A stretch of 46,670 bases of DNA. Origin: Thermonemataceae bacterium (GTDB lineage: Bacteria > Bacteroidota > Bacteroidia > Cytophagales > Thermonemataceae). The notes below the pieces were generated by a model. That model saw only the letters and a program-made list of their open reading frames with translations, did no database searches and was not told where the DNA came from. Positions 1 to 7,456 of the stretch are shown in pieces. The stretch spans positions 1 through 46,670 of the forward strand of contig DAIQNQ010000004.1 of the NCBI GenBank assembly GCA_036788275.1. Direction: 5' to 3'. A program made the position numbers and the translations under genes. The stretch's first letter is position 1. Each line of letters opens with the position of its first letter.

Positions 1-228
1 GAGCAATAGACAGCCTCAAAAAGGTATTGAAAAACTATGCCCCGAGTGACACCAAATTTTACGACCAAAGGCACGGCAGGTGAAAAAGGCAATGGCTTGG
101 GTTTACATCTGGTAAAAAGCTTGGTAGAAAAAAACGGCGGCCAAATCTGGGTAAACAGCGAAGAAGGCAAGGGTAGTGAGTTTTATTTTTCATTGCCGAG
201 GGCTGTAAAGTCCACACACCAGAAATAA
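1..228 (+). pseudogene. C-terminal fragment of a sensor histidine kinase (HATPase_c F-box/G2-box region only), possibly frameshifted or truncated
   Basis: The ORF 37-228 translates to PNFTTKGTAGEKGNGLGLHLVKSLVEKNGGQIWVNSEEGKGSEFYFSLP, a typical end of an HATPase_c domain. In the same frame there are stops at 7-9 (TAG) and 28-30 (TGA), so the N, G1 and dimerisation regions cannot be read in frame. The window edge prevents resolution. Confidence 0.4.
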
Positions 229-412
229 AGCTTTGTATTGAGAGTCCCGCGAGCGCCTGAGCTACCAACGGAGTATCAGCAATTTTATGTCGGAAATAGG
301 CTTTAAGTAGCAGGCAGCGGCCTCAAAGAACACAAGCCATATTTACTACGAGCAGCTCAAACAGCATTAGAGTCCTTGTGTGAGGAAGCGATACCCTACT
401 CAAAAAAGTAAA

Positions 413-1087
413 CTACAACAAGTCTTCAAGGGCTTTTTTGAGTAGTACTCTTTCAGGAAACTTGTTGAGGGCAACTTCTAAGTGCAGCGTCTGTTCTTTG
501 AGTGTGAAGTGGCTTTCTTCTTTACTAAAATCAAAGCTCAAAGCTTTCAACTTTTCTTTTACCGCTTGTTTACCCAATTCATCTTTCTGAATTTCTTCTA
601 AAACCTGCAAAACATCTAACAGATATTTTTTACACAAGCCTAATTCATCGGGTAGGTCGGGTATGCTAAGTATTTCAACAGAAATATCCATTGAGGATTT
701 GAGGACTTGGTTCTTTTCTTCTACCAAGCGCTTCAATTCTAATCTGCTAAGGGGTGCTACCTCAGAGGTTCTTACAAAGCCAAGTACTTGTGTATATACT
801 TCCTCACTCAATTCCTGAATGTCTTTGAAGCCGATACCACTAATGTGTTGCGTATCAAAGTAGGTCAGACTTGGATGAGGGTGGGTCTGATGGAAAGCAA
901 GTGTATGATGGCTTCTGTGAAACTCTAATTTGAGTACATAGCCTTCTATCGTAAGTCCCGTAGCCAAATAGAGCCTCACCAAAGGCAAACTTTCTCTGCC
1001 TTCAGAAGCAAAAAGTGCAAGCGCCTCAAGCAGTGTAGTGCAAGAGGGCAAGGAAGCGGCTTGTAAGTCCTGTACCCACTTGAACAT
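413..1087 (-). CDS. Hypothetical protein, 224 aa. The C-terminal ~125 aa are paralogous to the upstream 136-aa protein; the N-terminal ~100 aa domain is unique.
   Basis: Long clean ORF. Its start lies 1 nt after the stop of the upstream gene (TAA-T-ATG on the minus strand). It shares DELGKQAVKEKLKAL and the terminal LKKALEDLL with its neighbour. I recognise no family. Confidence 0.7.
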   Translation of the reverse strand: MFKWVQDLQAASLPSCTTLLEALALFASEGRESLPLVRLYLATGLTIEGYVLKLEFHRSHHTLAFHQTHPHPSLTYFDTQHISGIGFKDIQELSEEVYTQVLGFVRTSEVAPLSRLELKRLVEEKNQVLKSSMDISVEILSIPDLPDELGLCKKYLLDVLQVLEEIQKDELGKQAVKEKLKALSFDFSKEESHFTLKEQTLHLEVALNKFPERVLLKKALEDLL

Positions 1088-1088
1088 A

Positions 1089-1499
1089 TTACAAGAGGTT
1101 TTCGATGGCTTTTCTTAATTCTTCTTCTCCCCAGAGTTTATCAGAATAGTAGTAGAAGCTCATTTTTATCAGCAACTCACCGTTTTCAATTGTCAGGCTT
1201 TTTTCACCTGCATCATCTACATTTTTACTAGTGTTGATGAGCTTGATGGCAGCAATTTTTTCTTTCACTGCATTCTTACCCAAGTCATCAATACATATTT
1301 GACTAAATATTTTAATGACCATAGGCAGTCCATACTCTTTGTAGCTGTCGTAGCTGTTAAGTACACCCTCATTTTCGGGAAGTGTACTCGCATCAAAGCT
1401 AATCGGCAAATCAAAGCCTATTATTTTACTTAGTTCAGAAGTCGCTTGTGAAGATTCCTCTTGAATAGCCGCAATGCGACGACGCTCATTCAGTCCCAT
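1089..1499 (-). CDS. Hypothetical protein, 136 aa, paralog of the C-terminal part of the downstream 224-aa protein
   Basis: Clean ATG-initiated ORF. It shares DDLGKNAVKEKIAAI and the terminal LRKAIENLL with its neighbour. No signal peptide or TM segment is visible. Confidence 0.7.
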   Translation of the reverse strand: MGLNERRRIAAIQEESSQATSELSKIIGFDLPISFDASTLPENEGVLNSYDSYKEYGLPMVIKIFSQICIDDLGKNAVKEKIAAIKLINTSKNVDDAGEKSLTIENGELLIKMSFYYYSDKLWGEEELRKAIENLL

Positions 1500-1610
1500 A
1501 TAATTATTGTTTCGGTTAGCCTACATTTTTAATATATAAGAAACACAATAAAACTGTTAAATTGATGCTACCTCCGATTAAAAAAATATTAATTTTTGTC
1601 TTAATTTAGT

Positions 1611-1730
1611 TAGGACTTTCGCAAAACCTCAAAATAAGGAAAAAATGGCTTTTTTGAGCTCTGAAAAGCTCCCCTCCTTTGCAAGGAGGGGCTGGGGGTG
1701 GTTGAAAAACCAGAAAATGCGAAAGTCCTA
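1611..1730. mobile_element. MITE-like non-coding element, 120 bp
   Basis: Perfect 13-bp terminal inverted repeats: TAGGACTTTCGCA at 1611-1623 and TGCGAAAGTCCTA at 1718-1730. These are flanked by the identical 5-mer TTAGT at 1606-1610 and 1731-1735. An internal 9-bp GC-rich hairpin CCCCTCCTT/AAGGAGGGG lies at 1671-1691. No ORF. Confidence 0.45.
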
Positions 1731-1782
1731 TTAGTTATTCAAGCCGTAAAAATATGTTCAAATTTTGAACTTGAAATTGGTT

Positions 1783-2928
1783 CTACACATCGGCTGAGAG
1801 GTCGTTCTGAGAAAATAAAGAAGTAGCAGGCAGCGGCGGTGGTGCGCTCAGTGGCCTGAAAGGGAGAAATTCGGCCCGTGCCACGAGCTGCCGAAAACCA
1901 TAGATTTTCTGAGCTTCATCTGCCAGCATTATCTCTTTGGCGGTTGGTAGGGCACATACTTCCGGCATGCGGTGTACCGCTCCGGCAGGCACTTGCAAGC
2001 GGTGAAGGGCTTCTAAAAGCGTAGCTTGGCTGTGTTGGGCGATGGCTTCGGCCAATATGGGCAGCAAGGTGCTTTTGTTTTGCACACGGGCGGTATTATG
2101 AGCATATTCGGGGCGCTGTGCCAAAGTATCCAGTCCCAAAAAATCACAAAGCTTCTCAAACTGACGGTCGGTACCTACGGCCAGCATCAGCATTTTTTGG
2201 TCGGCAGTACTGAAAATCGTACCATAGGGTACAATATTAGGGTGTTCGCTGCCCAAGCGCTCTGGCACGTGGCCTGCATTGAGCCAGTTGGTGGCCTGAT
2301 TCACCAAGGCAGAGAGCGCGGCATCCAAGAGCGATACCTGTACATAGTTGCCTTGGCCGCCCGCTTGCCTTTCAAGCAGTGCCAAAAGCAGGGCTTCTTT
2401 GAGCTGATGCGCGGCGAGCACATCCACCAAAGCCACGGGCATCTTGGTAGGGAGGCTGTCGGGCTGCCCATTCATATATACAAAGCCACTCTCTGCTTGT
2501 ATAATGGCATCGTAGCCTACGCGGCTATCTTGCAGACCATAGCCTGTAATATGGCCATAGATGAGCTTGGGGTTGAGGGTTTGGAGCTGCGGATAGTCCA
2601 CTCGGAGCTTTTCGGCATCGTGGGGTTTGTAGCTGGCAATAACGATGTCGGCTTTTTGTACCAGCCTACAAAGCTGCTGATAGTCTTCTTCTTGGTGGAG
2701 GTCGAGTAGGAGGCTTGTCTTGCCCCAGTTTACACTGCTGAAATAAGCCGATACAGTGCTTTTGGTAGCCTCGCTTGGCAGCTTCCAAGAGCGTGTAACA
2801 TCGCCGCCTTGGGCTTTATTTTCTATTTTGATAACTTCTGCCCCCAGCTCGGCAAAAAACTGCCCTACGCTGGGGCCTGCCAATACGCTGGCCAATTCGA
2901 TTACCTTGATGTTTCGGAAAAAGTCCAT
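1783..2928 (-). CDS. CoA-transferase family III (CaiB/BaiF-type) protein
   Basis: The N-terminus IKVIELASVLAGPSVGQFFAELGAEVIKIE matches the family III CoA-transferase signature. Length is 381 aa. Confidence 0.9.
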   Translation of the reverse strand: MDFFRNIKVIELASVLAGPSVGQFFAELGAEVIKIENKAQGGDVTRSWKLPSEATKSTVSAYFSSVNWGKTSLLLDLHQEEDYQQLCRLVQKADIVIASYKPHDAEKLRVDYPQLQTLNPKLIYGHITGYGLQDSRVGYDAIIQAESGFVYMNGQPDSLPTKMPVALVDVLAAHQLKEALLLALLERQAGGQGNYVQVSLLDAALSALVNQATNWLNAGHVPERLGSEHPNIVPYGTIFSTADQKMLMLAVGTDRQFEKLCDFLGLDTLAQRPEYAHNTARVQNKSTLLPILAEAIAQHSQATLLEALHRLQVPAGAVHRMPEVCALPTAKEIMLADEAQKIYGFRQLVARAEFLPFRPLSAPPPLPATSLFSQNDLSADV

Positions 2929-3164
2929 GAATATGCGGCGGGGCTTTTGTAAAAGATAATGTGGAAACTGTCAGGACATGTAGGTATTTTTCCCTATTTT
3001 TTCTGGGTAGAAATCTTCATTTTTTACACAAAAATATAGCGAAAGCAGTACGAAGCAGCAAGAAGGTGTATATTTATTTCAAAATGAAGGAGATTTTAAA
3101 GCGACTTGTTATGAGTTTTACCACAGATTCTTTGTTCAAGCTTCCCAAAAACATCCATCACCCT

Positions 3165-3536
3165 ATGCAAGTAAGTGTACTGATTATTGAGAATGAAGCT
3201 ATTTCTGCATTGGTGCTTTCACGCTACATGGAAAAGCTCGGGCACAAGATAGTGGGCGTGGCCAGCTCCCCCAAAGAGGCTTTGCATTTGTATTATCGCA
3301 GCTCGCCCGATGTGGTAATTATGGATATTTATTTGGAAGATGAAATCAACGGAATCGAACTGGCAGGCTTGCTGAATCCTTGTCCTGTGCTATTCTATAG
3401 TGCAGTAGTAGATTATGAATGTATCCAACAGGCAGAAGCAATCCCTAACTCGCTGTTTGTGAGCAAGCCGGCGAATCTGGAAGTAGTAAAACATTGTTTG
3501 GAAAATTTGATAGAAAAAGCAAGTTTAGGTCAATAA
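3165..3536 (+). CDS. Stand-alone response regulator receiver (CheY-like) protein
   Basis: VLIIENE...DVVIMDIYL (phospho-acceptor Asp)...VLFYSA...FVSKP follows the receiver domain pattern, and there is no output domain. The start is uncertain: in-frame ATGs at 3084, 3111 and 3165. The ORF-track GTG at 2961 adds an implausible extension. Confidence 0.8.
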   Translation: MQVSVLIIENEAISALVLSRYMEKLGHKIVGVASSPKEALHLYYRSSPDVVIMDIYLEDEINGIELAGLLNPCPVLFYSAVVDYECIQQAEAIPNSLFVSKPANLEVVKHCLENLIEKASLGQ

Positions 3537-3577
3537 GCAAGTTTCAGAGTAGTAACCGTGTTTAGTGTAGTATTTGG

Positions 3578-3606
3578 TACAAGCAGGCGTTTTACACCTG
3601 CTTGTA
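3578..3606 (+). terminator. Rho-independent terminator-like hairpin after the receiver gene
   Basis: 10-bp stem TACAAGCAGG / CCTGCTTGTA followed by TTTTTG. Confidence 0.6.
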
Positions 3607-3614
3607 TTTTTGTA

Positions 3615-4220
3615 TCAGGGCTGATGTTTTCCTATTTCCCAGCCTTTTGGGGCGAGCCATTGCTCTGCCGAGAGGAGTGCGTCTGGCTCTAAGGTAGTAC
3701 CCATAGAGTCGTTCCAGCGGTTGAGGTAGCCAAAGAGCGCCACTACACCCAATATTTCTACGATTTCACCTTCGTTCCAATGTTGGCGCATTTGGGCAGC
3801 AAGGGGTTCATCTACAGCATTGGGAACCGTTGCGGCAGCCAAAGCAAAACGCAGGGCTACCCTTTCGACCTCCGAAAAAGCAGGATGCTGCTCAAAATCC
3901 CAAATATGTAAAAGTTGTTCTGCCTCTGCTCCATAGCGCTCGGCGGCACGGATGGTATGTGCTTGGCAATAGCGGCAGCCGGCAGCATGGCTACATAAAT
4001 AGCCTATAAGCCTTTTGAGAGCGCTTGTTACGCGTCCGTGGTTGGCCATTACGGCTTTGTTAAGTTCGATAAAAGCATAAGCGATGGCAGGCCGATGGTA
4101 CATCGTTTTGATGCTGTTGGGGCAGAAGCCGAGCGTTTCTTGATAAAAACTCACAAGAGCTTGGAGAGCTTCATCGCGACTATCGTCGGCAGGAGATACT
4201 AAAGGGCTGGGCATAAGCAA
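3615..4220 (-). CDS. AhpD-like / carboxymuconolactone decarboxylase family peroxidase-related protein
   Basis: CxxC motif in the context AAGCRYCQAH. Size and helical pattern are typical of the AhpD-like superfamily. Confidence 0.85.
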   Translation of the reverse strand: MLMPSPLVSPADDSRDEALQALVSFYQETLGFCPNSIKTMYHRPAIAYAFIELNKAVMANHGRVTSALKRLIGYLCSHAAGCRYCQAHTIRAAERYGAEAEQLLHIWDFEQHPAFSEVERVALRFALAAATVPNAVDEPLAAQMRQHWNEGEIVEILGVVALFGYLNRWNDSMGTTLEPDALLSAEQWLAPKGWEIGKHQP

Positions 4221-4313
4221 AGATGTTAAAAGGTAGATGAAATGTTAAAGGAAAGACTTTGTGCTGATGCTAATGTCAGATAGACGACAAAGAGAAGATT
4301 TTATTCATAAAAA

Positions 4314-4338
4314 ATACCTGCGCCAAAGACGCAGGTAT
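4314..4338 (-). terminator. Rho-independent terminator for the MORN-repeat gene
   Basis: 9-bp stem ATACCTGCG / CGCAGGTAT with a 7-nt loop. On the minus strand it is followed by TTTTTATG. It lies 31 nt past the stop at 4369. Confidence 0.55.
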
Positions 4339-4368
4339 CAAGAGCTTTATGGAAGAAAAATTGTAATT

Positions 4369-5751
4369 TTATTTGATGAGCAGCTCGTAGCAGCCCCAGT
4401 GATAGGTGGTATTGCCTTGTGCATCTACGGTGTAGGGGTTTTCGGGGTCGCCTTCTATGAAAGATACTTTTTTGGTAGCGGGCGTGAGCCCCTCAAAGAA
4501 AACCACAAAATTAGTTACCTCGCCACTGTAAGAGATGTTGAAGTGTGGGATGGTGGCCAAGTTGAAAACTTGCTTCATTTTGAAAATCTTATTGGTATTA
4601 ATGTCCAAAGCTGCAAAGGAGAGCTTGCCTCCGGCTACATCGGTATAAATACGTGAGGTGGTACCGTTGCCGTCGTTGTAATGATGAAAAAACACCAAAG
4701 CCCCCGTAGCTGTGTATTTGATACGGTTTATGTAGAGGTCGTTGCCTCGCTCTTGATCGCACTGCTTCGATAGCTCAGCCTCACTGTTGGCCTTTTCTTT
4801 TTGGAGAAATTGTTTGAGACTAAAGGTCGGATGTTCTGTCTGGCCATTTTTATATTCAATGGTGCGAGTAGCTTCCCATTTCTTTTCGCTGTTGCTGGCG
4901 TAGCCGTCCAAGGTTTTACCATCACGAAGGCCGTTTTTCACCTCAATAGAAGCGCGCAAAGACTTGCGGGTGGGGGTAAGGTCTTGTACGGTACCGGTGT
5001 AGGGCTGCCCGTCTTTGAGGAATTGCTCTTCTTCGAGGAGGTCGTCTTTATACACACAGCGCGCCGAGATACCGTCGTTGTAGTAAATCGTCCACGTGCC
5101 GTTGCGGCGGTTTTTGGAGAAATTACCTTCTTCTTTTACATACTCTTTGCCGTCGGCATCTATGAAAATCTTTTGGTATTTGCCATCGTAGAAGTTGGAG
5201 AAAGTACTTCCTTGCGTTACTTGGTAGCCTTCACCCACAAGCTTAGAGCCTGTACCATAGTAATACATCTTGATTTTGCTGCGCTGAGGGTTTTGGTCGA
5301 GATATTCAAATTTTTTCAATGCCTTGTTTTTGCTTTTGTCTTCGTCGGTACTGTAGTATTCGCGTGATTTGAGAACACCATTTTCAAAAACCTCTACGGT
5401 TTCGAGAATACCCCCAAAAATATAATGTTTGACAGTGCCATCGGCCAGCCCCGCCTTGAAGTTCCCTTCTATAATAAGTTCTTTGCCGCCGTCGAGGCCT
5501 TCGGCATACAGCTCCAGCTTGCCGTGAAGGAGTTCGCCCTGAAAGCTGCCTTTACTTTCTTCTATTTTGCCGTTTTTGAGCCAGCTGTAAGTTTTTTGAG
5601 CTTCCGCCTTTACGCTGCTACAATTGGTACAGACCTCTGCAAAGCCTTTGTACTCGTCGTTGTCAATATTTATTTTCTTAGAATTATACTGGGCTTGTAG
5701 GCTGCTTGTGCAGAAAAGCAAGAAGAGTATGCGGTAAAACGATGCTTTCAT
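4369..5751 (-). CDS. Secreted MORN-variant (YwqK-like) repeat protein with an unassigned C-terminal domain
   Basis: Signal peptide MKASFYRILFLLFCTSSLQAQ. Repeated G-x-W/F-x-x-Y-Y-x-N/D-G units, e.g. RRNGTWTIYYNDG. Start set at ATG 5751 rather than the ORF-track 5799, because of the signal peptide and a -7 box at 5804-5811. Confidence 0.75.
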   Translation of the reverse strand: MKASFYRILFLLFCTSSLQAQYNSKKINIDNDEYKGFAEVCTNCSSVKAEAQKTYSWLKNGKIEESKGSFQGELLHGKLELYAEGLDGGKELIIEGNFKAGLADGTVKHYIFGGILETVEVFENGVLKSREYYSTDEDKSKNKALKKFEYLDQNPQRSKIKMYYYGTGSKLVGEGYQVTQGSTFSNFYDGKYQKIFIDADGKEYVKEEGNFSKNRRNGTWTIYYNDGISARCVYKDDLLEEEQFLKDGQPYTGTVQDLTPTRKSLRASIEVKNGLRDGKTLDGYASNSEKKWEATRTIEYKNGQTEHPTFSLKQFLQKEKANSEAELSKQCDQERGNDLYINRIKYTATGALVFFHHYNDGNGTTSRIYTDVAGGKLSFAALDINTNKIFKMKQVFNLATIPHFNISYSGEVTNFVVFFEGLTPATKKVSFIEGDPENPYTVDAQGNTTYHWGCYELLIK

Positions 5752-5803
5752 ACGCGTAGGGAAGTGCAAGTATTGAGAGATACAAATGATTCTTAACAAT
5801 TAG

Positions 5804-5811
5804 CAAATATA
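5804..5811 (-). promoter_or_regulatory. Bacteroidota -7 promoter box TATATTTG
   Basis: Matches TAnnTTTG on the minus strand, 53 nt upstream of ATG 5751. Confidence 0.35.
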
Positions 5812-5851
5812 GAGATAACATACGAAAGATTCAACATCTATGGGGCGCGAT

Positions 5852-7303
5852 TTATTGCCTTGGGGCTACGTGTTTTGTAAGAATTTTCATATTCTCAACT
5901 TTTGTCTCCTCTCTTTTGCGCATTTCCCAAAGGATGGCCGAAGCGTGTTTGGCCGCTTTTGGCGCATCTACAAGCGGGTAAGGATAATCTTCACCCAAGC
6001 GGCATTGGTAGAGTTTCTGTTCCAAGAGGGTCATTTTCCAAGGTTCGTGGAGCAGTGGTACAGGCACTTGGCGCAGGGCAGGCAGCCATTTTTTGATAAA
6101 AAAACCCTGTGGGTCATTCTCTTGCGACTGCTTGATAGGGTTGTAGATGCGAATGGTATTAACACCCCACACGCCCGCCTGCATCTGAAACTGCGAGCAA
6201 TGAATGCCTATCTCGTAGTCGAGAAAAGTGCCTGCCAAGAAGTGCATCCCTGCCTGCCAAGGTTGCCAAAGCAGGTGGCAGAGAAAAGATACGAGCATGG
6301 CGCGCATACGGAAGTTGAGATAGCCAGTGGCTTTTACGGCTTCCATACAGGCATCTACCAAAGGATAGCCCGTGCGTGCTTCTTGCCAAGCTTGGAGGTA
6401 ATCGTCGCGGAGGGGCTGCTGCAACTGGATATAGCTATGGTTGAGCGGCTCGAACTCCATGCGACATTCCGATTCAAACTTTTGTATAAAATGGCAACGC
6501 CACTGCAAGCGGCTGCGAAACTGCCGCAGGTCTTTGGTGTAGGGGCTGTGCTTTTCGGCTTGTAGGTAGGCTTGATATACCTCGCGGCTGCTCAGATTGC
6601 CCCAAGTGAGATAGGGAGAAATGCGACTGCAATGGTAGCGGCTTTCTTCGGGCTTAGAAAGGGAGCGCAGATAGGCGGTGGCGCGCCTTTGCAAAAAACT
6701 GTGCAAGTAGCGCTGCCCATAGTGGCTGCCCGCAGGCTGAAACTCGGCAGGGTAGTCGGCCAATTGTTTCTGGAAGCTTTCGGGCAGGCGCAGGCCTTGA
6801 GGCACAGACAGGCTATAGGCTTGCAGCAAAGCCAAATCGGGTGCGATACAGGGCTTTTGCATGTGTGTCTCCCAGTGTGCAGCCCATGTTTGGCGGTTTT
6901 GCAGGCCTCTTTGCACACCATTGGAGGGCGATTCTTTCCAAAAAATACCGTGTTTTTTGAAGTAGCTTGCCATTTGCTTGTCGCGGGTGTAGCTTTGGGC
7001 ATTGCCTGTTTCTTGATGCGAAAATACGCCTCGCAAGTCGTGGATTTCGCGCAGATGTTCAAACACCTCCAATGCTTCGCCATAAAATATATGGATATGG
7101 GCTTGATAAGGTCTTAGTTGCGCTTGCAGCGCCAAGAGCGAATGATACACAAATTGCCCGTGGCGCAGCGACCAATCGGGGCAGCGGAGCAGCGAAGGCT
7201 CAAATATATAAAGGAAAAGCAGTGGACTGGCCTGCTGCAAAGCTTCGTGCAGGGCTTGGTGCTCGTGGAGGCGAAGGTCTTTTTTGAACCAGAGGGCGTG
7301 CAA
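5852..7303 (-). CDS. Photolyase/cryptochrome family FAD-binding protein
   Basis: N-terminal WFKKDLRLHEHQAL (photolyase alpha/beta domain) and C-terminal TGYPLVDACM...YLNFRMRAMLVSFL (FAD-binding domain). Subfamily not assigned. Confidence 0.85.
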   Translation of the reverse strand: MHALWFKKDLRLHEHQALHEALQQASPLLFLYIFEPSLLRCPDWSLRHGQFVYHSLLALQAQLRPYQAHIHIFYGEALEVFEHLREIHDLRGVFSHQETGNAQSYTRDKQMASYFKKHGIFWKESPSNGVQRGLQNRQTWAAHWETHMQKPCIAPDLALLQAYSLSVPQGLRLPESFQKQLADYPAEFQPAGSHYGQRYLHSFLQRRATAYLRSLSKPEESRYHCSRISPYLTWGNLSSREVYQAYLQAEKHSPYTKDLRQFRSRLQWRCHFIQKFESECRMEFEPLNHSYIQLQQPLRDDYLQAWQEARTGYPLVDACMEAVKATGYLNFRMRAMLVSFLCHLLWQPWQAGMHFLAGTFLDYEIGIHCSQFQMQAGVWGVNTIRIYNPIKQSQENDPQGFFIKKWLPALRQVPVPLLHEPWKMTLLEQKLYQCRLGEDYPYPLVDAPKAAKHASAILWEMRKREETKVENMKILTKHVAPRQ

Positions 7304-7456
7304 AAGTAAAAAGAGAAATAGTACTATCGAAAAACTGTTTGGATAGGCTTTGGGTTGTGTGGAAGGCGGATTTTTTGTTACATTTGAAAAGTAATTATCC
7401 TTGCTATTCAGTCATTCAATAGCAGTTGGCAAAAAATTGGTTTCATCATCTCACTT

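Noticed and set aside
2026-2709. 227-aa plus-strand ORF
   Set aside because: It is antisense to the CoA-transferase gene and has no motifs.
2961-3164. N-terminal extensions proposed by the ORF track. This applies to the receiver gene, and also to 5752-5799, 19902-19955, 24541-24609, 29005-29070, 31492-31512, 39234-39278, 40048-40173 and 43370-43408.
   Set aside because: The extensions precede obvious signal peptides or conserved N-termini, often start at non-ATG codons, and in several cases contain the gene's own -7 box. Downstream ATGs were preferred.
4261-4656. 131-aa plus-strand ORF
   Set aside because: It overlaps the 3-prime end of the MORN-repeat gene and spans that gene's terminator hairpin. 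It has no features.
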